From Nitrospirota bacterium (lineage in GTDB: Bacteria; Nitrospirota; UBA9217): a stretch of DNA of 64,000 bases. The stretch lies in assembly GCA_035623825.1 (NCBI GenBank), contig DASPSR010000045.1, positions 1-64,000 on the forward strand, read 5' to 3'. The position numbers were made by a program, and so were the translations under genes. The notes beneath the pieces are model-generated. The model ran no database searches and had not been told where the DNA came from. It worked only from the letters and a program-made list of their open reading frames with translations. Shown here in pieces: positions 1 through 9,454 of the stretch (its first letter is position 1; every line of letters begins with the position of its first letter).

Positions 1-2
1 GC

Positions 3-821
<819 letters not shown>

Positions 822-945
822 TATAATAATATAGGAAGAAAACAGGCAGGAGTCAGAATAGGGGCCAGGGGCCGGGAAACGGGAATCAGAACTACTTGCA
901 TTCTGATCTCCGTCTCCTGATACCTGGCTTCTTTTATTTTAGGAC

Positions 946-1827
946 ATGGCAAACTACCTCAAAATAATCTTCGCCATGCTGATCTGGAGCACGTGGGGCC
1001 CGATGATCCGCTGGATCGCGCTTCCGCCCGTCGTGGTCCTTTTCTATACCTCACTGATCGCAAGCTTCACAGTCCCCGCGGTCCTGAGGGCCCGTGGCGA
1101 TTTCCCCGAAGGCATGTTGAGCCTCAGATCATGGTATCTCTTTGTAGGTTACTCGTGTGCCTCGATCGTGAACAACATCACCTATTTTTACTCCCTTGGG
1201 CATACCACGGTCTCGAACGCGGTCTTTACCCATTATACGGCTCCCGTGTTCGTCGCCGCGATCGCGCCGCTCCTGATATCCGAACGCCTGCAAAAGGTGA
1301 CGCTCATCTCGCTCCCCATAGCCGTTCTTGGCATGATCATGATCGTCGCAGCCGCGGGAAAGTTCAGTCTGAGCAGCGCAGAGAGCGCCGGCATCATGGC
1401 CGGCACCGCCTCGGGCCTGGCCTATGCTTTCACGATCATGATCTCGCGCAGGCTCAGCCAGTTGATGCTTCACCACAAGGCGATCATCGTGAACCTCTGG
1501 ATCACGGCCGTCGTCACCGCTCCTGTTGCGCTGACCACCCAGCACCACATTTCCTTCCGTGCCGGGGCACTTCTACTGATTACGGGGTTGTTTCATTCAA
1601 ACATGGCCCCGCTCCTTTACTTTAACGCTCTAAGGCGTGTGCTGGCACAGCACGCGGCCATCCTGGGCTACATGGAACCTCTTTGCGCCATACCGCTTGC
1701 GTTTTTTTTCCTTTCGGAGACCCCAACGTTAGTGACCCTGTTCGGCGGACTTTTGATACTTCTTTCCGGGTATATGGTGATGCACTACGGGAGAGGGAAC
1801 GAACCACAGTCCGCGACCGGTAATTGA
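946..1827 (+). CDS. DMT/EamA family transporter
   Basis: 293 aa, about 10 hydrophobic segments, two EamA-like halves (YTAPVFVA; YMEPLCAI). Confidence 0.85.
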   Translation: MANYLKIIFAMLIWSTWGPMIRWIALPPVVVLFYTSLIASFTVPAVLRARGDFPEGMLSLRSWYLFVGYSCASIVNNITYFYSLGHTTVSNAVFTHYTAPVFVAAIAPLLISERLQKVTLISLPIAVLGMIMIVAAAGKFSLSSAESAGIMAGTASGLAYAFTIMISRRLSQLMLHHKAIIVNLWITAVVTAPVALTTQHHISFRAGALLLITGLFHSNMAPLLYFNALRRVLAQHAAILGYMEPLCAIPLAFFFLSETPTLVTLFGGLLILLSGYMVMHYGRGNEPQSATGN

Positions 1828-2010
1828 ACCTCGAACGGGGCTTGCCCATTTGCCGCCTGGCCAATTTATCACTCCCAAAATGTTTTTCCTTCCTTGATTT
1901 AGGATATTTTTACGCTATACTAAATACTGTACGTCCCTCAACTTCGATCAAATCAAAACCAAAAGCATTATCCATCATACTTTCGGAGGACACAGGCATC
2001 GGGAAGACAT

Positions 2011-2159
2011 CACTACATTACCATGCAGCCACCGTTCCCGCGGTCAACGTGGACCGCAGAAGTGAACAAGATGATCAAGGTCATGGGCGCGCCGATCAAT
2101 GAAGAGGACGCGAAGCCATCATCGACTATCTTTCGACGAACTACGGCACGGGGAAGTGA
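2011..2159 (+). pseudogene. Remnant of SorB-like monoheme cytochrome c (C-terminal half, frameshifted)
   Basis: Reads YITMQPPFPRSTWTAEVNKMIKVMGAPINEEDAK, then after a 1-nt shift near 2115 IIDYLSTNYGTGK-stop; CxxCH and signal peptide absent. Confidence 0.6.
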
Positions 2160-2187
2160 CGCCAGAGCAGTCGCAAGGAGGCTGATC

Positions 2188-3246
2188 ATGAAAGACAGAG
2201 AGCGGATGCCGGCGAGCACAATCCCATGGCTTTTTCTTTCTTTCGCGCTTGTGCTCTTGCTGGCAGTCAGCGCTTTGGCCGGAGCAGAAGATAAGGAGCT
2301 CGTCACCAGGTCGAACCAGATCTTCGGCCCCTTGCCGCAGTCAATGCTCTCGGAGCAAAACCCGATTACCCCGTCTAAAGTGAAGCTCGGGAAAATGCTT
2401 TTTTACGAATCCCGGATTTCCGTCGATGGTACTGTGAGCTGCGCCAAATGTCACCCCATCAGCCTGTACGCGGCCGACGGGCTCAAGAAGGCAAGAGGCA
2501 ACAACTGCAAGGAAAACCCCCGCAATTCGCCCACGATACTGAACGCAGCGGCGCAGATTTCCGCTCACTGGATAGGCAACCGGACGGGCGTGGAGGACCA
2601 GGCAAAGCAATCCCTTGTAGGGCCGCCGTCCTTTGGCATGCCGTCCTACGAATCCGTGGAAAAGATCCTTGAGGGGATCAGGGGATACGTTATCCTGTTC
2701 CAGGAGGCTTTTCCGGAAGAGAAAGAACCGGTCAATGTGGATAACTTCGCCAAGGCGGTCAGCGCCTTTGAAAGGACCCTCATGACGCCGGCCCCATTTG
2801 ATGATTTCATGAAAGGAAACGTCGCGGCGCTGACCGAGCAGCAGAAGAGGGGACTGCAGACGCTTCTGGATACCGGGTGCATGACCTGCCATTTCAGCCC
2901 CTACCTGGGCGGACAGATGTACCAGAAGTTCGGAATACTTGAGCCTTACTGGAACTATACCAAGAGCGAAAAAGTCGACGATGGGCGTTTCCCAGTCACG
3001 AAGAACGAGGCCGACAAGTACGTCTTCAAGGTGCCGATACTCAGGAACGTGGCGATGACGTCGCCGTACTTTCATGACGGTTCCGTCGATAAGCTCGACC
3101 GGGCGATATGGATCATGGCAAAGATCCAGCTCGGGAAGGAGCTGTCGAAGCAGCAGGTAGAAGACATCGACGCGTTTTTGCATTCATTGACGGGCAAACT
3201 GTCCGATGACATAGTGACCGTGCCGGTTTTGCCGGCAATGGAATGA
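2188..3246 (+). CDS. Di-heme cytochrome c peroxidase (CcpA/MauG family)
   Basis: RBS AAGGAGG before ATG 2188, signal peptide, CAKCH and CMTCH, FKVPILRNVAMTSPYFHDGS. Confidence 0.9.
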   Translation: MKDRERMPASTIPWLFLSFALVLLLAVSALAGAEDKELVTRSNQIFGPLPQSMLSEQNPITPSKVKLGKMLFYESRISVDGTVSCAKCHPISLYAADGLKKARGNNCKENPRNSPTILNAAAQISAHWIGNRTGVEDQAKQSLVGPPSFGMPSYESVEKILEGIRGYVILFQEAFPEEKEPVNVDNFAKAVSAFERTLMTPAPFDDFMKGNVAALTEQQKRGLQTLLDTGCMTCHFSPYLGGQMYQKFGILEPYWNYTKSEKVDDGRFPVTKNEADKYVFKVPILRNVAMTSPYFHDGSVDKLDRAIWIMAKIQLGKELSKQQVEDIDAFLHSLTGKLSDDIVTVPVLPAME

Positions 3247-3292
3247 TAATGATTAATTCTGATCATATATTAATAAAGAAGGGAGATATTGT

Positions 3293-3625
3293 ATGAAAAA
3301 AGTTGTAGTCGTTTTAGCTTTCAGTGCAGCGATATCTTTCATTATGACATCTGCATCCCCCGTGGTGGCTGATTCAGCGAAGTCGGGAGAGGAACTGTTC
3401 AAGCAGAACTGCGCGGTGTGCCACGTCGATGGCGGCAATATCGTCAACCCGAAGAAAACGCTTCATAAAGCGGACCGCGAGGCCAATAATGTCAAGACGG
3501 TAAAGGATATCATAGGTAAAATGAGAAATCCTGGGCCCGGGATGATCAAATTTGACGAGAAGACCATCCCCGACAAGGAAGCAAAGGAGATAGCCGAGTA
3601 TATTTTAAAGACTTTCAATAAATAG
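3293..3625 (+). CDS. Class I monoheme cytochrome c, c6/PetJ-like
   Basis: Signal peptide, CAVCH, GGNIVNPKKTL, probable axial Met in GPGM. Confidence 0.85.
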   Translation: MKKVVVVLAFSAAISFIMTSASPVVADSAKSGEELFKQNCAVCHVDGGNIVNPKKTLHKADREANNVKTVKDIIGKMRNPGPGMIKFDEKTIPDKEAKEIAEYILKTFNK

Positions 3626-3704
3626 TATCTCATTAGGTTAAGCGGCCGAAAGTATTAGGGAAATTTCGTCACCAAAAAAAAAGCACAAAAAGTAACGGAG
3701 TCCC

Positions 3705-3733
3705 TTGACAGGTAGTCAACCCTCATATAAACT
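3705..3733 (+). promoter_or_regulatory. Sigma70-type promoter of hydrogenase operon 1, overlapped by TTGAC-N5-GTCAA palindrome
   Basis: TTGACA (3705-3710), 17-nt spacer, TAAACT (3728-3733); inverted repeat 3705-3719. Confidence 0.55.
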
Positions 3734-3785
3734 TGAGCTATCTTTTTTTTAAAATTTAATAAATTATCCCTATAAGGAGGCTTTT

Positions 3786-4859
3786 ATGCGTGATGACAGC
3801 GTGTATCAGAGTCTTGTCAAGCGCGGTGTGTCGCGGCGGGATTTCATGAAGTTCTGCACCGCCATGGCCGCAGCGCTGGCGCTGCCGGCATCGTATGCGA
3901 CAAAGATCGCCGCAGCGTTGGAGAAAGCTCAAAAACCGTATGTTGTATGGCTTGAATTCTCGGACTGTGCTGGCGATTCAGAGGCGACGCTCAGGGCGAC
4001 AAAGCCCACGATTGCCTCGCTCGTCCTCGATGTCATATCGCTCGAATATCACGAGACGATCATGACGCCCTCTGGAAAGGCTGCCGAGAAATCTCTGATG
4101 GACGTTGTCGATAAACAAAAAGGCAAATACATCGCTATCGTGGAAGGCGCGATTCCGATGAAGGAGAACGGTGTCTACTGTACCGTGAGCGGCAAGACGG
4201 CTGTCTCCACGGCCAAGCATGTGTGCGGTAATGCCATGGCTACCATAGCCGTAGGCTCGTGCGCAGCATGGGGCGGCGTTGCAAGCGCCTTCCCCAATCC
4301 GACAGGTTGCGTAGGCGTAAAAGATGCCGTAGCAGGCATCACCCTGGTGAATCTTCCCGGGTGCCCCCATAATGTCGAGAACCTCACTGCCACGATCGTA
4401 CACTTCCTGACCTTCAAGTCCCTCCCGCAGTTAGACAGCCACAATCGTCCGCTGTTTGCCTATGGCAAGAGGATCCATGACAACTGCGAGCGCCGCGCTC
4501 ACTTCGATGCCGGCCAGTTTGTGCGGAAGTGGGGCGATGAGGGTCATCGGCAGGGCTGGTGCCTGTACGAAATGGGCTGCAAAGGGCCGGAGGCGTATTT
4601 CAACTGTCCGACGGTCAAGTACAATGAAGGCACGAGCTGGCCTGTCCAGGCCGGCCACGGCTGCATAGCCTGCGCAGCCGATAACAACTGGGACACGATG
4701 TCGCCGATGTACAGGCGGCTGCCCACTGTTCCGGGGTTCGGAGTTGAGACAACGGCTGACAAGATCGGCGCCGGTCTCGCGGTAGCAACAGCAGTTGGTC
4801 TCGTGGCACACGGCATCGGAAGGGCCGCAAAGCCGAAAGATGAAAAAAAGCACGAATAG
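3786..4859 (+). CDS. [NiFe]-hydrogenase small subunit 1 (Tat-exported, membrane-anchored)
   Basis: SRRDFMK Tat motif, CAGD proximal motif, PGCP, HDNCERR/WCLYEMGCKGP distal cluster, SWP medial [3Fe-4S]-type, C-terminal TM helix. Confidence 0.95.
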   Translation: MRDDSVYQSLVKRGVSRRDFMKFCTAMAAALALPASYATKIAAALEKAQKPYVVWLEFSDCAGDSEATLRATKPTIASLVLDVISLEYHETIMTPSGKAAEKSLMDVVDKQKGKYIAIVEGAIPMKENGVYCTVSGKTAVSTAKHVCGNAMATIAVGSCAAWGGVASAFPNPTGCVGVKDAVAGITLVNLPGCPHNVENLTATIVHFLTFKSLPQLDSHNRPLFAYGKRIHDNCERRAHFDAGQFVRKWGDEGHRQGWCLYEMGCKGPEAYFNCPTVKYNEGTSWPVQAGHGCIACAADNNWDTMSPMYRRLPTVPGFGVETTADKIGAGLAVATAVGLVAHGIGRAAKPKDEKKHE

Positions 4860-4896
4860 CTTGATATTCATAAAATTTTACTAAGGAGGAGGAGCT

Positions 4897-6612
4897 ATGC
4901 CGAAGATCGCAATAGATCCTATTACCAGGATCGAAGGTCATCTGAGAATTGAAGCTCAGGTCGAAGGCGGCAAGGTGACGGACGCATGGTCGTCCAGCAC
5001 CATGTTCCGGGGCATTGAGATCATTGTCAAAGATCGTGATCCCCGCGACGCGTGGCTGTTTGTCCAACGTATTTGAGGGGTCTGAACGACGGTTCACGCC
5101 ACCAGCTCGGTTCGAGCTGTAGAAAACGCCTTAGGAATCGTAATACCGGACAACGCACGGATCATCAGGAACCTCATCTCCGGGATTCAGTATGTGCAGG
5201 ATCATGTAATACATTTCTATCACCTCCATGCCCTTGACTGGGTCGACGTCGTGAGCGCGCTCAAGGCGGACCCGGCAAAGACGTCGTCTCTGGCCATGTC
5301 AATATCTGACTGGCATAATTCCTCAACGACGTATTTCAAGGGCGTCCAGCAGAAGGTCAAAGCTCTCGTAGAGAGCGGCCAGCTCGGCATCTTTGCCAAC
5401 GGGTATTGGGGCCATCCGGCCTATAAACTGCCTCCCGAGGCGAACCTCATGGCCGTTGCCCACTATCTCGAGGCGCTTGACTGGCAGCGAGATGTCATCA
5501 GGATGCAGGCGCTCCTTGGCGCCAAGAACCCGCACGCCCAGACGTACCTGGTGGGCGGCGTAGCCATCCCTGTCGACCCCAACAGCCAGAATGCCTTGAA
5601 CGCGGGCAGTATTGCGTTCATGTCCGAAATCTCGAAGAAGGCATACGACTTCGTCGCGAAGGTGTACATTCCCGACCTGCTCGCAGTCGCCTCGTTCTAC
5701 AAGGACTGGGCGGCCTACGGCGCCGGCGTGGGCAACTTCCTTTCCTACGGTGAATTCCCTAATGACAATGCGTTGAATACCACGAACCTCTGGTTGCCGC
5801 GGGGCATCATCAAGAACAAGGACATAAGCAAGGTCCTTCCTGTCGACCAGGCAAAGGTCTCGGAGTATGTCAGCCATTCCTGGTATGATTACAGCGGTGG
5901 GGACGCGAAAGGAAAGCACCCGTGGGAAGGCGAAACGAACTTCAAGTACACAGGCCCTACTCCGCCCTTCGAGAACGGCTTTGTGAGCGACAAGCAGAAG
6001 TACTCCTGGGTCAAGGCGCCACGGTATGAAGATATGCCGATGGAGGTTGGCCCGCTCGCGAGGATGCTCGTGGCATACGTGTCGGGCCACAAGCGCGTAA
6101 AAGAAGTGGTGAACATGTGTCTGCAAAAGCTCGGCGTAGGCCCGGCCGCTCTCTTCTCGACCCTCGGCCGCGTCGCGGCACGGGGTATCGAGACGTTCGT
6201 CACTGCGGAGATGCTGCCCACCTGGATCGATCAGCTCGCGGCGAACATGGGCAAGGGCGACCTGCGCATCCACAACGGCGAGAAGTGGGATCCCGCTACG
6301 TGGCCCAAGGAAGCCAAGGGCTTCGGGTTCCATGAGGCGCCGCGCGGCAGCCTCTGCCACTGGATCCTCATCAAGGACGGCAAGATCGCAAATTACCAGG
6401 CCGTCGTTCCGGGCACCTGGAACGGCTCGCCGCGTGATGCGAAGGGGCAGCACGGCCCCTGGGAAGCAGCACTCGTCGGCACTCCGGTACATGACCCGAA
6501 CAAACCGATAGAGATCCTCCGGACGGTCCATTCATTCGACCCCTGCATGGCATGCGCCGTGCACGTGGTGGACCCGGAGGGCAAGGAAGTCACGAGGATC
6601 AAGATCGTCTAA
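4897..6612 (+). CDS. [NiFe]-hydrogenase large subunit 1 with two in-frame TGA (putative Sec60 and Sec63) in the L1 motif
   Basis: RBS AGGAGGAGG; MPKIAIDPITRIEGHLRIE...RDPRDAWLFVQRI*GV*TTVH is in frame with ORF 5194-6612, which ends HSFDPCMACAVH plus a 15-aa extension. Confidence 0.92.
5086..5125 (+). promoter_or_regulatory. Putative bacterial SECIS element
   Basis: Perfect stem CAGCTCG(5103-5109)/CGAGCTG(5113-5119) with G-initiated apical loop, about 24 and 33 nt after the two TGAs. Confidence 0.7.
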
Positions 6613-6627
6613 GAAAGGAGGTAGACC

Positions 6628-7293
6628 ATGCAGCCAAACAGGATTAGGGCGTATGTATGGGAATTCCCGGTCCGGTTCACCCACTGGATCAATGCCCTTT
6701 GCATCGTGATGTTCTGTATCACGGGCTTCTACATCGGGCGTCCGTTCATGCACGCCGTTTCATCTGAGCAGTACATCATGGGATGGATGCGGTTCCTCCA
6801 TTTCGCTTCGGGATACATATTCCTCCTGAGCATGATCATCAGGATCTACTGGATGTTTGCCGGCAACAAGTATGCGAGCTGGAGAGTGTTCATCCCCCTG
6901 ACCAGCAGGCAGTGGGAGGACATGATCGGCGGGCTGAAGTTCTATCTCTTCATGAAGAAGCAGCCGCCCTACGCGGCAGGGCATTCGGCCATGGCGTCGA
7001 TCACGTACCTCGGCGTGTTCATCCTGTTCCTCTTTGAGATCGCGTCTGGGTTCGCGCTCTATTCCCAGAGCCATTTAAAGAGCACGGTCCTGTGGCTTTG
7101 CGGCGGGTGGATGCTCAGCATCCTTCACGTGCAGACGGTCCGGCTGCTCCATCACATCGTCATGTGGCTCCTGATCGTCTTTACCGCCATCCATGTGTAT
7201 ATCGGGTGGTATCTTGACATCGCCGAGAAGAACGGAGTGATGGGCTCCATATTCGGCGGGTTCAAGTTCATTACGGGAAAGGAATGGGAATAA
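6628..7293 (+). CDS. Ni/Fe-hydrogenase b-type cytochrome subunit 1
   Basis: VWEFPVRFTHW, RFLHF, RLLHH, IHVY heme-ligand His; 4 TM; operon position. Confidence 0.93.
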   Translation: MQPNRIRAYVWEFPVRFTHWINALCIVMFCITGFYIGRPFMHAVSSEQYIMGWMRFLHFASGYIFLLSMIIRIYWMFAGNKYASWRVFIPLTSRQWEDMIGGLKFYLFMKKQPPYAAGHSAMASITYLGVFILFLFEIASGFALYSQSHLKSTVLWLCGGWMLSILHVQTVRLLHHIVMWLLIVFTAIHVYIGWYLDIAEKNGVMGSIFGGFKFITGKEWE

Positions 7294-7302
7294 AACAGTA
7301 TC

Positions 7303-7851
7303 GTGGGTGCTGATCAGAAGACATTTAGTCAAGACATGGTACGCCCGGAAGGTCACCGTGACTCCGGGCGTATCAGTGTTTTAGGCCTCGGCAACATTCT
7401 GCTCACCGATGAAGGCGTCGGGGTACACGCGGTAAACGCCATCAAGAAGAAGTATGCCTTTTCTCCCGAGATCGATATCATTGATGGCGGCACCATGGGT
7501 CTCGATCTGCTCCCCATCTTTCAAACGCAGGATAAGATCCTCATCGTTGACGCCGTCGACTTTAAAAAAGAGCCGGGTCATGTAGGCATCGTCGAAGGGA
7601 AAAACATCCCATCCGTTCTCAATACGAAGCTTTCTGTCCATCATATCGGGCTCTCTGACCTTCTTTTTACGGCAAAACTGACTCGCACCACGCCGCTGGA
7701 CGTCTACTTGGTCGGCATACAGCCGAAGTCATTCGATGTTGGCCTTGACATGACGGACGAGATCCGCACGCGGCTGGATGACATCATCGAGATCGCGTTA
7801 CGGAAACTCAAAGAATGGGATGTACAAATTAACATCAAGCCCCTGCCTTGA
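7303..7851 (+). CDS. Hydrogenase maturation endopeptidase 1 (HyaD/HybD family)
   Basis: GLGNILLTDEGVGV, DGGT, IVDAV, SVHHIGL. Confidence 0.93.
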   Translation: MGADQKTFSQDMVRPEGHRDSGRISVLGLGNILLTDEGVGVHAVNAIKKKYAFSPEIDIIDGGTMGLDLLPIFQTQDKILIVDAVDFKKEPGHVGIVEGKNIPSVLNTKLSVHHIGLSDLLFTAKLTRTTPLDVYLVGIQPKSFDVGLDMTDEIRTRLDDIIEIALRKLKEWDVQINIKPLP

Positions 7852-8344
7852 CGTGTCACGTCATCAGTATCCGCTCAACTTCAACGCTCATTAATTTACA
7901 CAAATCTTCCGCTCCTCCTCAAAAATTTTAGAAACAATCTATCAAATTTACAGATATTAGTCATAGGAATTCCCTATCGTTCATTAGAAAAATCATTTAT
8001 TAATTAAATACATAGAATATATTTTATTTCATCGCAGATTTGACAAATACGAAATTACCTGCTAATCTGAAATCGTACTTTACGCGGTGTGCTGTAATTG
8101 AACGCGCACGATCAAGGCAAGTCCTATTTCCCTTCTTTACATATTTAAATTGAGAGAATATTCTCGATTCCTTTTCAGAGTGATAGCTTTCTTGACTTAT
8201 TTTTTTTGCTCATTTCGGCGTAAGTAGGGACCGGTTTTACCACGGACATTGCCTTTTTGTGCGAAAGAGCTCTTTTTTCCAATCCTGCAGTATCACATTA
8301 CGGACAATTTTCATTTTTTAAAATACTACAAGGAGGATGCGCAA

Positions 8345-9454
8345 ATGAGTAAAAAGGAAGGTGCGAGTAAGCAGTTTCTTGACTCATTGGAGTTCCGTGG
8401 TATCAAACGCAGGGATTTTTTGAAGTTCTGCGGGGCAACTGCCGCCCTCATCGGACTCTCAGAATTTTACGTTCCCAAGATAGCCGCGGCGTTGGAAAAA
8501 GCCGCCAAAAGACAGCCGGTTGTATGGCTCAATTTTGCGTCTGATACGGGTTGTACCGAGGCCTTGATCAAGGCAACGTACCCCAGCGCCGCTGAGATCA
8601 TTCTCGATATCTTGAGCGTCGACTACAACGAAACGATCATGGCGGCCGCAGGGAAGCAGGCGGAGGAGATCCTTGACAAGTCTAAGAAAGCAGGGGGCTA
8701 TGTCCTTGTTGTTGAAGGCGGGATCCCGACCAAGAAAGGACACGGCATGATCGGGAACAAGGAGATGCTCGATGTCTTCAGAGAGTTTGCCGGTCCTGCC
8801 GTCGCGGTATTGGCGGTCGGCAGCTGTGCGACGACGGGAGGCGTTCCGGCGGCGAAACCGAACCCCTCGCAGATCATCGGCATCTCCGAGGCGCTCAAAA
8901 GGGTCGGCATTAATAAGCCGCTGATCAATCTCGACCTCTGTCCCGTGAACCCGCAATATCTCGTAGGCGTGGTGGTCAATTTCCTGCTCCTCGGAAAGCT
9001 CCCGGACCTCGACAGTGTCGGCAGACCGAAGATGTTCTACGGACAGACGATCCACGATAACTGCGAGCGCAGGGCGCACTTCGATGCCGGAAGGTTCGTA
9101 GAAAAGTTCGGCTCCAAGGAAGAGGCTCTCAACTATTGCCTCTACAAGATGGGCTGCAAAGGTCCGATGACCTATTCGGCTTGTTCAAAGATCCAGTATA
9201 ACAACCGAACAAGCTGGTGCATAAAGGCCGGAGGCCCCTGCATCGGTTGTGCCGAGCCCGGATGGACGGACAAGTTCGCCGGCTTCTATGAGAAACTTCC
9301 CGGCGTCAAGATCCCCGGGATCGGCGGCGTTGAAAAAGGCGCTGACACAATCGGTGCGGTTGCGGCAGCCGCGACAGCCGTGGGCATAGCGGTCCATGCC
9401 GCGGCAACGGCGGCGTCGGGCAGGACCAAAGAAGAAAAGGGAGGTGAAAAATAA
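8345..9454 (+). CDS. [NiFe]-hydrogenase small subunit 2 (Tat-exported)
   Basis: RBS AGGAGG before ATG 8345; KRRDFLK; DTGC proximal motif; SWC medial [4Fe-4S]-type; C-terminal TM. Confidence 0.95.
   Translation: MSKKEGASKQFLDSLEFRGIKRRDFLKFCGATAALIGLSEFYVPKIAAALEKAAKRQPVVWLNFASDTGCTEALIKATYPSAAEIILDILSVDYNETIMAAAGKQAEEILDKSKKAGGYVLVVEGGIPTKKGHGMIGNKEMLDVFREFAGPAVAVLAVGSCATTGGVPAAKPNPSQIIGISEALKRVGINKPLINLDLCPVNPQYLVGVVVNFLLLGKLPDLDSVGRPKMFYGQTIHDNCERRAHFDAGRFVEKFGSKEEALNYCLYKMGCKGPMTYSACSKIQYNNRTSWCIKAGGPCIGCAEPGWTDKFAGFYEKLPGVKIPGIGGVEKGADTIGAVAAAATAVGIAVHAAATAASGRTKEEKGGEK

Noticed and set aside
2023-2187. N-terminal extension of the cytochrome c peroxidase
   Set aside because: It derives from a frameshifted cytochrome remnant; RBS and signal peptide support ATG 2188.
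5074-5085. Genome-wide UGA reassignment (Trp/Gly/Cys)
   Set aside because: Many conserved genes here end at TGA at their expected C-termini (hypE, efp, gmk, tldD), Trp uses TGG, and I saw no other in-frame TGA in conserved genes.
5323-6531. Long antisense ORFs (also 9667-10965, 15602-16726, 25031-26128, 28702-29847, 44207-45310, 50832-51839)
   Set aside because: Shadow frames of GC-rich genes with no recognisable motifs.
5194-6612. ORF-track call of a 472-aa large subunit starting at GTG 5194
   Set aside because: It would lack the RIEGH and L1 Ni-binding motifs, which are in frame upstream from ATG 4897 with a strong RBS.
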